Assembly: GCF_964204645.1 (NCBI RefSeq)
Contig: NC_134026.1
Span: forward strand, 3,619,950 to 3,683,949
DNA length: 64,000 nt
Direction: 5' to 3'
Source of the DNA: Tubulanus polymorphus
Taxonomy: Eukaryota > Animalia > Nemertea
Shown here: positions 1 through 12,517 of the stretch, one piece after another
How the letters are laid out: every line of letters begins with the position of its first letter
How positions within the stretch are numbered: position 1 is the stretch's first letter
Notes under the pieces: model-generated
The model's database searches: none
The model's input: only the letters and a program-made list of their open reading frames with translations
Told to the model about the DNA's origin: nothing
Translations under genes and position numbers: made by a program

Positions 1-211
1 GAGTTTCTGGAACTGGTTCTGGGGTTTGTGGTGCTGGATGAGGGGTATCTGGGGCAGGTTGAAGAGTTTCTGGGGCTGGCTGTGGAATTTCTGGAGCTGG
101 AGCAGGGTCTTCTGGAGCTGGAGCTTCTGGTAACGGTGCAGGAGTTTCTATGACTGGGGCTGGTGCTGGAGTATCTGGAACTGGTGCTGGAATTCCTGGA
201 GCTGGCGCTGG
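1..211 (-). repeat. Degenerate coding tandem repeat, about 21 nt / 7 aa unit (P-x-P-x-P-E/D-T)
   Basis: Units: PAPAPGI, PAPVPDT, PAPAPVIET, PAPLPEA, PAPED, PAPAPEI, PQPAPET, LQPAPDT, PHPAPQT, PEPVPET. Confidence 0.85.
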
Positions 212-252
212 TTTAGCCGCTGAGCCTTTAACTTTAGTCACTTGTGATTTGG
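1..252 (-). CDS. Exon of an unannotated Pro/Ala/Glu-rich repeat protein gene (continues beyond the window's left edge)
   Basis: The minus strand is open from acceptor ...tatttaaag|CC (AG at 254-253) to base 1. It reads (A)KSQVTKVKGSAAKPAPAPGIPAPVPDTPAPAPVIETPAPLPEAPAPEDPAPAPEIPQPAPETLQPAPDTPHPAPQTPEPVPET, with strong CCA-GCx codon periodicity. The phase-1 start matches the upstream exon. Confidence 0.85.
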
Positions 253-337
253 CTTTAAATAATAGTACATAAAATCGGATTTATAAATTCACATTTCATC
301 ATGACTACCTGAGAGTAAGAAGACTGTTCAGTCTCAC

Positions 338-461
338 CTGTTTTCTGTCCTTTCGCGGGTTTTCCTGCCGTTGGCCCTTTATTTGTGCTTGCAGCTGGTT
401 TACTTTTGGCATCAGCCTTGCCAGGAATCTTCGTCGGTTTGGAAGCCTTCGGCGCGTCTGC
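338..461 (-). CDS. Internal exon of the Pro-rich protein gene (Lys/Ala/Pro-rich linker)
   Basis: Acceptor aatttttag|GCA and donor ACAG|gtgaga; 124 nt = 41 codons + 1. It reads ADAPKASKPTKIPGKADAKSKPAASTNKGPTAGKPAKGQKT and joins exon 252-1 in phase 1 across an 85-nt intron. Confidence 0.8.
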
Positions 462-866
462 CTAAAAATTCACGAATTTATATAGGTTATCACGATGTAT
501 CAATGTACTCCGGCTTCGTTAGGTTCACATTACTCGATGCGCATTTTCTGCTTCCATTATTAAAAACGACCGTAAAACATACTCTACCGTAATGATTACC
601 GTAACTATTTATACCACAGTGACGAATACGTGTGGAAGGTATCGGTAATAAAATCCAGGAGCGGGTAATCAAATATGTATACATATATATATTTATCGTG
701 AACATTGTAATCGGGGCATTAAAACTCCTACGTCGAATTTCTGAGCTGTTTCTCATCTGACCGTCTAGACCATTCGCATACCAAGAGATGCAACAGGTGC
801 GGTTGAAATATCACCTGATGATGATACGAGTTCCATTCTATATCGAAACTCATTCCCTATGCCTCA

Positions 867-885
867 ATCTATCTATCTATCTATC
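867..885. repeat. (ATCT)n microsatellite
   Basis: atctatctatctatctatc. Confidence 0.8.
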
Positions 886-1053
886 CATTATATCTGTAGT
901 ATCTATCAGTAATAATGCACTTAGATGAGTTTGGTTTTTGTTTTTTTCCCGATCCGTTGGTCTCATTTGCGAACATAGCTGTAAATCATACTGTTAATTA
1001 AATCTAGCACTGAACCAAGCCTAGAATGTAATAAATGTTGTCTTGGTTCTAAC

Positions 1054-1150
1054 TCTTAAGTAAGAAATTGTTCTTTTTTCTTCATCAGAAGCTCCCATCC
1101 CCTTTTCCTTGTCTACCACTTGGGCCTTATTTCTTTTAGCCTCATAAACC
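1054..1150 (-). CDS. Probable exon of the Pro-rich protein gene
   Basis: Acceptor gcttgtag|G; reads VYEAKRNKAQVVDKEKGMGASDEEKRTISYLR. The donor AGA|gttaga is weak, but its phase 0 fits the exon starting at 461. Confidence 0.5.
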
Positions 1151-1448
1151 CTACAAGCACGAACAAGTAAATACTTCTCCGCGAATTTTAACAAATATGA
1201 TTGATACTAAATCGCTAAAGATTGATACCACGACGTTTCGGCTGTTTCAGGGTTCTACCTGGCTCGATAAGATTAATATTTCACGCTAAAAAACCAATCG
1301 GATGTCGATTTCGCAGAACAAAATTACTGCAATATCGAATTCGACGAAGAGAACTAATTGCACTTACCATAATTCTTCGATGAATTGAACAAGATATTGT
1401 GGAAAGGGTCCGAATTGTAGTTGAACACACGTATACTGTAGAATATAC

Positions 1449-1514
1449 CCGATATTCACAGGTTCCTCGCCTCCAGACGTAATGAACCTTGTGTAAATGA
1501 CTGGATATAAATAC
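1449..1514 (-). CDS. Possible exon of the Pro-rich protein gene
   Basis: Acceptor ttgcttaag|G; reads YLYPVIYTRFITSGGEEPVNI(G); donor GG|gtatat is weak. Phase 2 at both ends, compatible with both neighbours. Confidence 0.4.
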
Positions 1515-1581
1515 CTTAAGCAATATAAGCGTGCATGATATATGTAAACGTACCTACAAAGTTACTGCAGACCATTCCTAC

Positions 1582-1684
1582 CATACCGGATGTTGGACTA
1601 GGGCCCATTTCTTTTCGTCATAGACATTGTACGTAGTCGGGTTCTTTATTTTTGATCTGGTGGCATCGTCTTGACTTGGTAAAA
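1582..1684 (-). CDS. Possible exon of the Pro-rich protein gene
   Basis: Acceptor attgcaaag|TT; reads LPSQDDATRSKIKNPTTYNVYDEKKWALVQHPV(W); donor TG|gtagga. The other two frames contain stops. Confidence 0.45.
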
Positions 1685-1757
1685 CTTTGCAATGAATCGC
1701 GAACGATGAGAGTGATATTTGACATTGATTATGTCCCACAATCACGAAATCTAATTT

Positions 1758-1992
1758 TTTCTTTTAAATGTCGTAACGTTAAGATTTTTCAAGAATCCGA
1801 ATTTTCGGTTTTTAACTAAAAATTCCAATGAATTTAATGAATAATTTAATAATGATAATTAATGAGGAGATAGAAATCATCAAAGGGGATGATAAAAAGG
1901 GAAAGCCAGAGATAATAGCTGGATCCCAGCGAAAATAGCTGGATTCTAATAAATAATCTAATAAATCTTAACGTTACGATATTTATAAGAAA
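1758..1992. mobile_element. MITE-like element with 30-bp inverted repeats
   Basis: 1758-1787 tttcttttaaatgtcgtaacgttaagattt matches the reverse complement of 1963-1992 (tttcttataaatatcgtaacgttaagattt) at 28/30. The interior is AT-rich and non-coding. No clear TSD. Confidence 0.6.
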
Positions 1993-2285
1993 GTATATGT
2001 TGTATATTTATGCATCGCTTTCTTATTCTTTCTCATCCCTTCGTGTTAATGCAGTTACGTGGTCTAAGAATGGATTTATATAGAAAGACATTCCTTCAAA
2101 ACCTTCCCGATTAAGTCATTTATAGGTTTGAAATCATGGATGGATGATTGACAGAAACCGAGTCTGCTGCTTTTTCTTGATAAACAAAACGCGCCTCTAT
2201 AAGTGTATTTACAGTACACGATTCGTGTTTTGTCATCAAACCTGCAGGAAAATGGATCCGATTTCGGAAAAAAACTTGCTTAAAC

Positions 2286-2343
2286 CAAAATGTAAAGTTA
2301 ATATAACGTAGAGTAATGATTTTTCAGCGAGGGTCTGTTTCAT
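2286..2343 (-). CDS. Tentative first (signal-peptide-like) exon of the Pro-rich protein gene
   Basis: ATG at 2343 gives MKQTLAEKSLLYVILTLHF (basic N-terminus, then a hydrophobic stretch). The phase-1 donor G|gtttaa is weak but compatible with the exon starting at 1684. Confidence 0.25.
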
Positions 2344-5300
2344 TTCTAGGCCCACCCAAGCCAAAAGCCACGAAATGATATATATCAAAATCAACTGCAT
2401 GCATTTTGTACACATGCATAAAACCCGGTTTATCGGATATTGTCTTACTTGGAGAATATACCATGAACATTGAATAAATGAAAACATCCACACACACGTC
2501 GTAAAGATGTTAACATATTTACACAGAGGAGTGATACTTCTACTTGCGTCATTTCAGTAATTCATCATAGCGTCAACACATAATAGTTTCATATATACTT
2601 GTTTTTGCCATTAGCGGAGATTTAACGCTAACACAAGTCACCTCCCGGACCGAATCAATCTAACCATCAACCGAATTCAAACATATTCTTTAGGGATGAA
2701 AATGTCCCCCATTTCACCGAAAGAGGATAATACGATATGTAAACTCGATTTATTCGGACACGGATTGAACTATTTTTGTTTCCATGGAATGTGAATTTGT
2801 GTCACATATGTCATAGTCACATATGTCGTATAAAAAGGACAGGCTTTCTACCTTGTGTTGTTACGTTCACGTGTACAGATGCACGTAACAATACGTATTA
2901 ACCTTTTGCCCTTTATACCAAATGCTTGATTTCACAAGAATGGTCCCGAACTGACCTTTGCCGATACAGCAGTGGCTTTAGCGAGCTGACAGACGCGCAT
3001 GACGAGTCGCAAATATCGAGCATGAGATTAAAAGTTAAAATTTTTGAATTTTGATATCATAGTCAACATAACTTACGTACTAAAAATCTTTCAGATCATC
3101 AATTTCAAATAATTCTTTATACATTTTCTGTAAAGTAGACTATACTTGATTAAAAGGAAATTGATTTTCTGTAAGGAAAACCTCAGAAATTAACTCAGTT
3201 ATTCAGAAATAACTACGTAATAAAAAGGTCATTTTTTGTGACAAAAAGACAGTATACGGCAGGCTCCAGGAGAATCGTCAATAAAGTGCTGCCCTCATCG
3301 TAGATAATATGAACTATTAACACGCAAAACGGTGGGACTGGTTGGATGCGAGTGGGAGAAATAACAACTGCAGTTATTGGGATTTGTTCGTTTCAGCATT
3401 AAAACATCGTAAAATCCGTCAAGGGGGGATTACGCAATGCATGTCATAAATTTCAATCGTTTTATTTGCCTTTTTAATTGAAGCAAATTTAACGAATATA
3501 AACTCCCCATTTCACTATCATTAATTGTTTCAGAATTATCATTTTACGATTATTAAAGGTTGTTGTAGTTTTCGCGGTTTCGCGCTGTTTAGAAGAGTGC
3601 GTTTATACGGCGTTATAGCTGTGATTTACAGTCGGTTTTGATGAGAAAGCCGCAGTTGACGCCACTATTCGAACCTATTGAAATTCATATATAAATCAAC
3701 CTGCCTGAAATTCTAAAACAAACCAAGATTCGAATTACACGTGCTTTTGCGGGAAAATCATACTTTCGATAAGTATAATTGTTTTATGTCGCGAGGGCAC
3801 GTTTTTTTCCGATAACTTTGTTATCGGGCGTTCAAACAGCGAAGTGATACCCGTGCGTGTTATTCAACTGCACGTCGCACACAATTCGTGTTAACTTTCT
3901 ATTGGCGCGTAGAAATTCCTTACAGGCAGAAAAGTTTCCCGCGAAAGTGTCGAAGAAATGCGAATCCACGATAAAGGCGTATACGCGGTAAATTGCGATG
4001 ACAGATGCAGTTTGCGGTTCTCCAGACATGTCAAGCTGTATCTTAGAGCTAATGTAGTTTTCTCCACGGTCGCTCAAATTACACCTTTACTTCGTTATAA
4101 TTCATCAGTTGGCATAATCAGTTTGTTCGACCTGTCAGAATTACTGCCAATCTAATGAAAAATGCAAGACAAACTGACTTCGCCACGTAAAACTAGCAGA
4201 TATAGTGTTGTGACCAAACAAGAATCGGGTATCAGCAAATTAACTTTCTATCAAATACGCGACGGTCGAGTGAAATTGATTTCTTTAATGATAAAACGTG
4301 GCCTGCATGACATAGTGAGTTGACTCACAAGTCCACAAGTGCCTGCCTGCTTATGATTCTATTCTTTTTTTGCCTGAAAATCCCCATAAATTCATATTCT
4401 ATTTCGCATTGATATAAATCGGAATTAGAATTATTAATATTCACAAATTCGACGGATGGTTTTTTCAAGATCGTCGCCAGCCGCGAACACCTACGACAGT
4501 CTTAACGTGAGAACTGAAAAAATGCATAAATCAGAGAGAATTTTATTACATTTTGACCGAGTAATCCCTTGCATAATACGACTCGGAAATTACAATTAAT
4601 CTGCGGTTTCCTGACAAAACCGATCGGTGAAGTAACATATCCCGGTCGGCTTCCAGCGCTCTTCGTTTCAATAACAGCGCCATAAACACACTTTTGAATC
4701 GCGCCGGGCGACGAACCGCAGTCTCGAATTTCGATTATTGTCCCCATTGTTTGTAACTGACATCCGTGCATCAGTTTACGGGATTATATCTAATATAGAA
4801 AAACTGCCGCCGCGTCGATATTACAATTCTATGATGAAAAAAAATCGTCGATTGAATGATTTGAATATGACAGACGTGGATTGAGTTAAGTCCTGCGGTT
4901 TCTGTCATTATTGACGGCTTCGGGCGGGATTCGAGGCTGATCTATTATTCGCGGTTTATTGAATCTTGTTTGAAGAGTTCGTTGTCTTTTAATGTCGCGG
5001 TAGAATATTATACTGTCCTCCTCGCAGATGCAATAACCCGATGGTTGATAATCCACTTGTAAGCCCCCGTTAATCAGAACGCGGATTAATACACGTGAGT
5101 GATTGGTATATAATGATAGCTGTCGAATGAATAATTGAAAAATATATCAGTTTTGTCGTTTGGATACGATCGACACCGATACCGATCAAAGACTTTGATT
5201 TCCAATATCGAGTCGTCGCTGATTAAAAGGCATTATATTATATCATTAGTGAATATTACCAAGCTAGGGGTAGATGTCGCCAAATCCATAGGAGTAAATT

Positions 5301-8300
5301 CTTAATAGAAGTAAATTCAATCTTGCGAACCTGTAAGCTCAAAAACTATTGATTAGGAAACTCGTCAACTCGAAGTAACTATTTTGAACAGAAACTGCAA
5401 TTACAGTAATTGATAAGGTCACACGGCCGGGGCAAATTCGTATTTTGGTTTTCATCTGTTCACCGGGGTCAGGTCAGTCGTGTTTTTACAACACGAACCG
5501 TCGACATTGCGTAAACAGCCAGGTGATAATACCGGATATAGCCCATTACTTCTTGTTTCTGGTTTATATGTTATTTTATGGCCCGATCATGTCGAGATGG
5601 TCGGAAATTTCCTCGTTCACATTAAGCATTCATTAAGCCGACTAAATGGCGATGATTGTACGTATATCCAGTCATTAACACCGAGTTAATTGAACGAGTA
5701 AGCGCCATTTCGTGCTGGAGCTACCATTATGGGCTCAACGCATGATATCTGATAAATCCATCACCATATAAGAGACATTGGAATGTCAAAGTGAAACCTC
5801 CAAAACTCGTCATTTAGCACGTACCCGTATTTACTCGTATATACATCATGCCGACGATATGCGTAATTACGAAGTCATAACTTTCAAAGCCACCGCTTAT
5901 TTGACACGGGAAAGTTTGGGCTCTCAGTATTCCATCGTGTTTTTGTTTCGTTTTTTTTTCTACTTCGAAAATCTTCCCAGGCTTTTCCAGCTCTTCAATC
6001 AGATCACAATTATGGGGTATTCTCGTAGAAATAGTTCAAACTTTACTGCTGTTGTTATACCGTTTGTTTTGAAGCTTTGAAAATTCTAGACGAAGTTGTT
6101 AATCTTTGGGAGAATGAGAAAAAGGCGCACATGACGTACGCAACCAACCTCTCACCTAAAGCATTCTCACCTTGGAGTTATAAGACTGTAAGTTTTCACA
6201 TACTGAAAGAACTATGTTATAGGGTGTGGCCATGATGTACGTGTATCTAAGATACAATATGCGCTCTTATAATCAGGATTTCATGAGCGGTAGCATACTT
6301 TAATTTGATTAACACCCGTTATTAGTACGCTGAGAAGGCTGACGTGTTTGTTAAAATAATGACATTTTCATTAACTACCGCTGTACAGTAATAATAACAC
6401 CGTGTCGACAAATATGAACAGAAGGTGCTTACAACCACACAGAATCCGCGACAGAGTTGGGATTCATTTACCAGAAATTACAGCTTTTGTGGCAACGTCG
6501 ATGGCTACGTCAATAATGGCTGCCAGTCGTTTTAATTAAGTCACGTTTGATAATATTTGTAAACATTTGCTCCGGTATAAATCCTGGTTTTATGATCAGT
6601 TGGTCTGTGTTGTCGGTCAGAGGTACTAAAACCACAAAAAATGAATTGCAGTTGACAACCGCAGCCCTCATGCGTCATTAGATGACCGCTTATTGTGAAA
6701 TCCTTCGCCGACTCGCTTTCTTTGAGACAATTAAGTCTCCTTTTACTCAACGTAGCGTATTCTAATATCAAAATGGTCCATATAAGTAATATATAATTGA
6801 TAAAAGGACACTTAATTCCTCAAATACTTCGTACACGAATCCTTATTTTAGATAGGCCTGAAAGGAATCAAAAAAAGTTTCATTTGTTTAAGTAGTTTCA
6901 AATGATTGTAACGGTAGGTTTTAGAGGCAGAGGATGAGAGACAAAATGCAATGATGCAGAGAACGATTCGACTCGCAGTCGATGACGATCAACAATAGAA
7001 TTCGGCTACAATCATCCAACCGTATGCCGTTCACTGTTTTTATTGTTTAATCTTAAGGGTGACAGATTTGATAAATATTTCATTGCGCGTTCGCCGAACG
7101 TTTTGTTAATTCCTCGATGGCGATGAGTAGTTTGTTTACTCTGTATCACGGACAATGTCAAATTCGACAGCAATCAGCGATGAATTCAGCTCTCTTTGCG
7201 AGTTATACCAATATTTGGAGAAAATTTGCCGTTTGAAAGATGAACGCCGGTCTTTGTAAGATAGTTAGTCATGCGTCAATTGCGAGAGTGGAGCGAGCGA
7301 TGTAAATCTGTTGGGATCTGGCGTTTTCAATGTACTGGTAAATATTGGACCATTGCATGTACAACTCATCAGTAAAATGAAGGCCTGGTACTTGTTGAGT
7401 CAGTCACCATAAAATGCGCTCTTATCATCATCATTGCGCTAACGACATCAGCGTCTATTTCACCAACAACCGACGTCAACCAAAAAGTTCCATCAAGATC
7501 AACATCGAACTTAGTAGAAGTTGGTCGAAAATCAAACGTCACAACATTTTGTTATTATTTCATCGTCAATAAATGAAAAAGAATGTACTTTTTTTTTCAT
7601 GTACACAGATTCATATCCAGTGTTTTACGATTTGGGGAATTTGGGACGTTATACGATTTGGATTATTCAATGTTTAGTAGAATGGCTTACATGGGGACGG
7701 TTTCGTTTTAGAGTACACTGCAAGATTTCACAGAGGAACGACTTACAAGTTTCATTAGTCATCCTCGAACAATACCGATGTCAACTCATTCTGTAAAACG
7801 GGTCCTTGGTCTCTGGACTCATATGGAACGTTATGTTGTATCTCGACCGCGCGGAATACTACACTTTAAAATGACGCGCATCGTAAAAAAAAACGTTTCA
7901 TTCACGGCGCTACGAAAAAACTGTTTCGTGTCCGCGGTATACATTCGCATCAGGTCGATTAATGGGCTGTATTTTTTTGCGCAGTAATCGAATAGATTCG
8001 TCCCCAGCGTATTCAAGGATGTGTCGTACACACAAATAATTCGTTAGGCTGATACGGGCGCCCGGAATATATGGACTCGTAATTTCATTAATAGCGCGCT
8101 TCGTTGACGTCGTGTCCATTCTGAACGTTTTCCCCGGTGTAAAAACCTGAATGATACAGCCACGAGCTTCATTCGCTAGTTCTATTTTTATGTCACGTAC
8201 TACACACATCGAGTACAAACGGTGAATGCGACAAAATTGAATTTGCAGCCAATATACCGATAAAACGGGCAGACTGTGACGCCCCACAAGTATTGTACGA

Positions 8301-11300
8301 CGTGCCAAAAGTGACACATCTTCAAAACTGTAAAACGTTTTCGGCGAAGCGCTATTTTCAATCATCTATTATCTGGCTTCGTTTGTTCAAATAGTCACGC
8401 ATATGTTTTAAATTGATACGGGGAAAATTCGACTTTTGTGATGATGCCTGCCTACGTTACAATTTTGAAAGAGTCGTTCGATCGAACTTAGAGACGTTGG
8501 TACAGTCGAACATAAAGGACCCCAGATATTTGAAGATTTACGTATAGAAAAGAATAAAGATTTGAGTACACAAATCCGGTCCATTTCTAAGTGCTGTTGT
8601 TAAAAGATTGGCCGAGTCGAGGATTCCAAGTGTAGACGGGTCATTTTCCGCAATGTAAAGGTTTCTTTCGAGATTTCGCCAAAAAATATGCCCTTCATCA
8701 AGTAGCACCACCAGTGTACAGGTAAAAACAAATAACAAACCGACTTTTGACGTTCAGCAGTCGAAGATACACAATACCTGCCGGAACACCACGCAATTTA
8801 GCCAAAACAACAATTATTTTTATAAGCCTTTAATAGCGTTTGTTTTTTTTTGTCAGAGGACAGGTCCCACTAGCACTTAATGGCATTTCATTTTAACAAA
8901 TATATTTTTGCTTCATTGGCTGAAGTTGATCGATGATACCTAAATAATTACACGTATCTGAGCCGGCAATTTAGCACGTATGGTGTCGCTGTAACGACCT
9001 GAGCTGTCAGACGGCATATGTGCCCATCAAAGCAGATTCGTGACCATGAATAAATTAAACCGAATATCCTATCGCATCCTTTTGTTTGCTGCTATGGATC
9101 TCTATGTTCAGCGCGATAATTTCAAAGCAGTATGGAAAATTATGATTTCGTTCGTTTATATAAGGTCAACCAGCGTTTGCCAATTCGAAAAAGAAGCACA
9201 GTCCAAATGCGTCCAGTGTGTGGCGCCATCTAGCCTTCTATCTCGGGAAGGAAAGGTTTATAAGATGTACATTCTTCAAAATTGTTTAAAAGCCGTTTAT
9301 TCGGTAAATGCACTGAATTGTCATACCGAAGGTCTGAATCGATATGGTAGAATAAAAGTTGTATCTACCCATTGCGACCTCAATTCCGCGTTACAAGTTC
9401 GAAGTACTCGAAATCGACAAATTGAAACTTGTCGATTTTTTTCGAGCAATTTTAACAAAAGGTTTTTCTCAGGATTGTTTGGAACGTGTGAAGTGCAAAT
9501 AGGATACAATCTCAATAGCTTTTGCCGACCCGCGCTTGGTGACTGAAGGGCTCTTACGCGTTTACGAAATACCTCGTATGAATTACGACACTTCACAAAA
9601 ATGGCCCTGTATTTCTGGCTATTGTAGTTGAAAGTTTGAGAGATGGTTGTTGCAAATACTTGAGCGTGGTTTTTGGCGAACGGGACCCACTCTGTAGTAA
9701 CACTCGAACCCAAATGATATTAACTCGTCGTGTACTTATCAATGACGTATAAAAGAACTGACTTATGTTATTCAATTCACATTTTTCAATAGGCCTCTTT
9801 AATCGAGATCAAAGTGATTAAATGACACGTGACGTTTTCGAGACATTTTGTCAAATGCGACACCCTATTGGAATTGCATCCGGCTTGCAAAAAATCATTT
9901 TTATCTGTAGCCATGTAACTAATCTAATTCCCTGAATCACATTTCTATGAATTTGCTGTAGTTCAAGCATTTATGAACAGGTGGCGCTTACCGTATTCTA
10001 ACATTTTTCATCCGACACTTCACTTTTTTTCACTTTATGCAAAATCTCACCATTCGTTTAGTAAAAGGGCTTTGATTCCAAATCTACGACTATTTGATTT
10101 ATATTTAGCCCCGAAATCGAGGGTTTTGACGGTTTATGGCACCTACCCAGGTGGCCTGGAATTATATGGCTATTAATTTCACTCTCACTGGGTTGGGTTA
10201 ATGGCTCAGAAGATTATCGTACGATCAACCTCCACTTTAGTGGGATTAACCCCGCTATCCGTTAGTAATGTAGTTACCTAACTAACTATTTCAACTCCCA
10301 GCTGACACGTTATCTATAGACAAACGGCATGGTGATGCGGGAGGATATTGTCAAAATGATGAGTATATAAACGTACACTTAGTTTCTTTATTGTGATTTG
10401 AAAAAAATTGCAAAATTCGGCATTGTAGAAATTATGACTTTTCTCGTTATGATTTTTATCGTTTTGAAAATGTTTTTTTTTGCAAAGAGTCGAAAATAAA
10501 AGTGATTGAATGTTCGAAGCTGGCAATTTGAAGCAGTATATCTTGATTGTAGGGTTGAACTTCTCTGCGAAAGTTTTTTTGTGACATCTACAATCGCTGA
10601 GGAATGAAATGCTGGAGAATTAGGTACTTTGCCATCTGAAAATGAAAACCCCGATGCCTAAACGCCGTTTCGTTCTGCGCATCCTCTTCGGCATAACACC
10701 CGACATTTGCTTTGTGTTGTTTTGTGTTATTTTACGACTTGGGCAACAATTATACACGTCTATTAATATATGGTTGGTTTGTGGAGTAAAATGGCCGTAA
10801 TTGAGTAGGATTTAACCCGGCGCCTTAACTCGAGTGTTCAATCCTATGAGATATTGATACCCCGGGCGTTGCTCTATGAGCTTCTTTATGCCGCAATCAC
10901 AATGGGTTCATTTTGTCATGGTTTTTCTTGGAATATCTGAAACTGGCGGATAGCGCAAAGTAGCAAAGAGCGCAAAGTAGTCTTCCCCAGCTAGTGTTAA
11001 TAACGAAGGTATCCTGTTTACGCGAATATGGATTCTTATGAAAGTGAAAATATTTTGAAAACTAGTTTTCCGGTGCGATCCGCGTGTGGTCTTTTGTGAG
11101 AACTGGATAATAATTAAATTCCGATCCGGCTCTTATCAGCGCGATAAACCGCGCCATTTTCTGCGTATTTTCACACGAGATATTGCAAAATTACTGCTCA
11201 ACTGAGCAACGAAAATGGCCGAGATTTTCCGAAAAGTATCTCCGCTCATTGGGCGCGCGACCGAACATAATCAGCGCGTAACCGACAATTATTGAGTCGT

Positions 11301-11819
11301 CTGCGGCATCTTCTTGATTACTGATAATTAACGCTGCCTAAATCGACGTGCAATCGGCAACATTTCGAGCGTGTAATAATGTTATTGAGTTCATTCATTT
11401 TGATATGGGATACAGAATACATTTCTTGTGAAAAGACTCGCTACAGGAGATGATGAATCTACCTATTTCAACACATGATACCCTTGTGAACACGCGCCTT
11501 TCTCTACGATATCTCGGTGCAGTGTCGTTATTGTCCATACTTCTCCCTTTGAGACGAGGTTCACCTCTGTCACCACGTTGGTCAGTCTTTTATCGTGTTG
11601 ACGGTTGCCATGTATCTACCGTCGCTTGCCGCTGTGAGAATAACGATTTTCGGACAATAATCGAGAAATATTATGAATATACGTATGGATAAATTTTGGA
11701 ATATTTTACAACCATGCAATGTGCCCTTCACGGTTCACTATCGATGTACACATCTGTTAGAAATCACATTTTTCCATAGATAGACATATATACAAAACAA
11801 TGCAACGATACCCAAAAAG

Positions 11820-12187
11820 AACCAATCTGTTACTGAAATCTGTCCAGGCAAATAAACAGCGATAATGTTTTAAAATACTCAGTTTTTAGAAGGAGATAAC
11901 GCCACATGTACAACTTATTTTGTTTATTCGCCTGGATGCGCTTCAGTAAAACAGTCGACGTAGCAGATTTGGTTCAGTTTTTTTCGGTGTGTTGTTTGAC
12001 CGTTTCGGACCAGATAATGATTGCCGGACCATATCCCGTGGCAAATCTGTTACATCGTTTGTATCACTGAATTTCATCCAAGCAAATAAACAACAATATA
12101 AGAACACGTGTGCCCATCTATCTAAATCCGGCGATGCTATTTTATGACTTTTTATTTGCCTGGACAAATTCCGGTAACAGATTGGTT
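11820..12187. repeat. Four-armed inverted-repeat (palindromic) element, probably transposon-derived
   Basis: Outer arms 11820-11856 / 12151-12187 are inverted at 34/37. Inner arms 11920-11970 / 12043-12093 are inverted at 40/51. All four arms carry variants of aatctgttac and ccaggcaaataaa. Confidence 0.75.
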
Positions 12188-12488
12188 AGTTTTTTTTTGT
12201 ACAGGTTCGATCCAAAGCCTCACATCATTGAACCTTAAACCTTTTCATCGGTATATCAACACTGACATGAGGATAACAGAATCTCGCAATAAAAGTGATT
12301 TATATTTCAGATAGAAATGGAATTTTAAGGCAACACGCGAGGGGATCCTTTATACAATCAAGACTTAGTATATGGCCAAAAGAACAAAATCAAGACCATA
12401 ATTCAGTGCTAGATTGTGAGACCGAGCCTTCGGAATACATCCATTAAGATCGAAATGTCCAATTCGAGCGATAACCCAACTCCGTACT

Positions 12489-12517
12489 TTTCCGATTTCC
12501 AAATCAAACCCCTGTTT
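12489..12517 (+). repeat. Dispersed repeat fragment, copy 1 (pairs with 29726-29755)
   Basis: tttccgatttccaaatcaaacccctgttt versus tttccgattttaaaatcaaatcccctgttt. Both are preceded by aattcga and followed by aaatcaaatca. Confidence 0.6.

Noticed and set aside
2801-2830. Short tandem duplications (15-mer x2 here; similar at about 10952, 13148, 16830 and 20445)
   Set aside because: These are ordinary two-copy slippage duplications, not arrays. There is no CRISPR-like repeat-spacer pattern anywhere in the window.
7910-8365. 151-aa minus-strand ORF
   Set aside because: No recognisable homology or exon boundaries.
9040-9713. Overlapping 168-aa (+) and 130-aa (-) ORFs
   Set aside because: No recognisable domain, codon pattern or splice context, so most likely chance ORFs. 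A BLASTX would settle it.
10140-10290. Segment with a retroelement-tail-like appearance
   Set aside because: I found no second copy, poly(A) tail, TSD or Pol III boxes to support the call.
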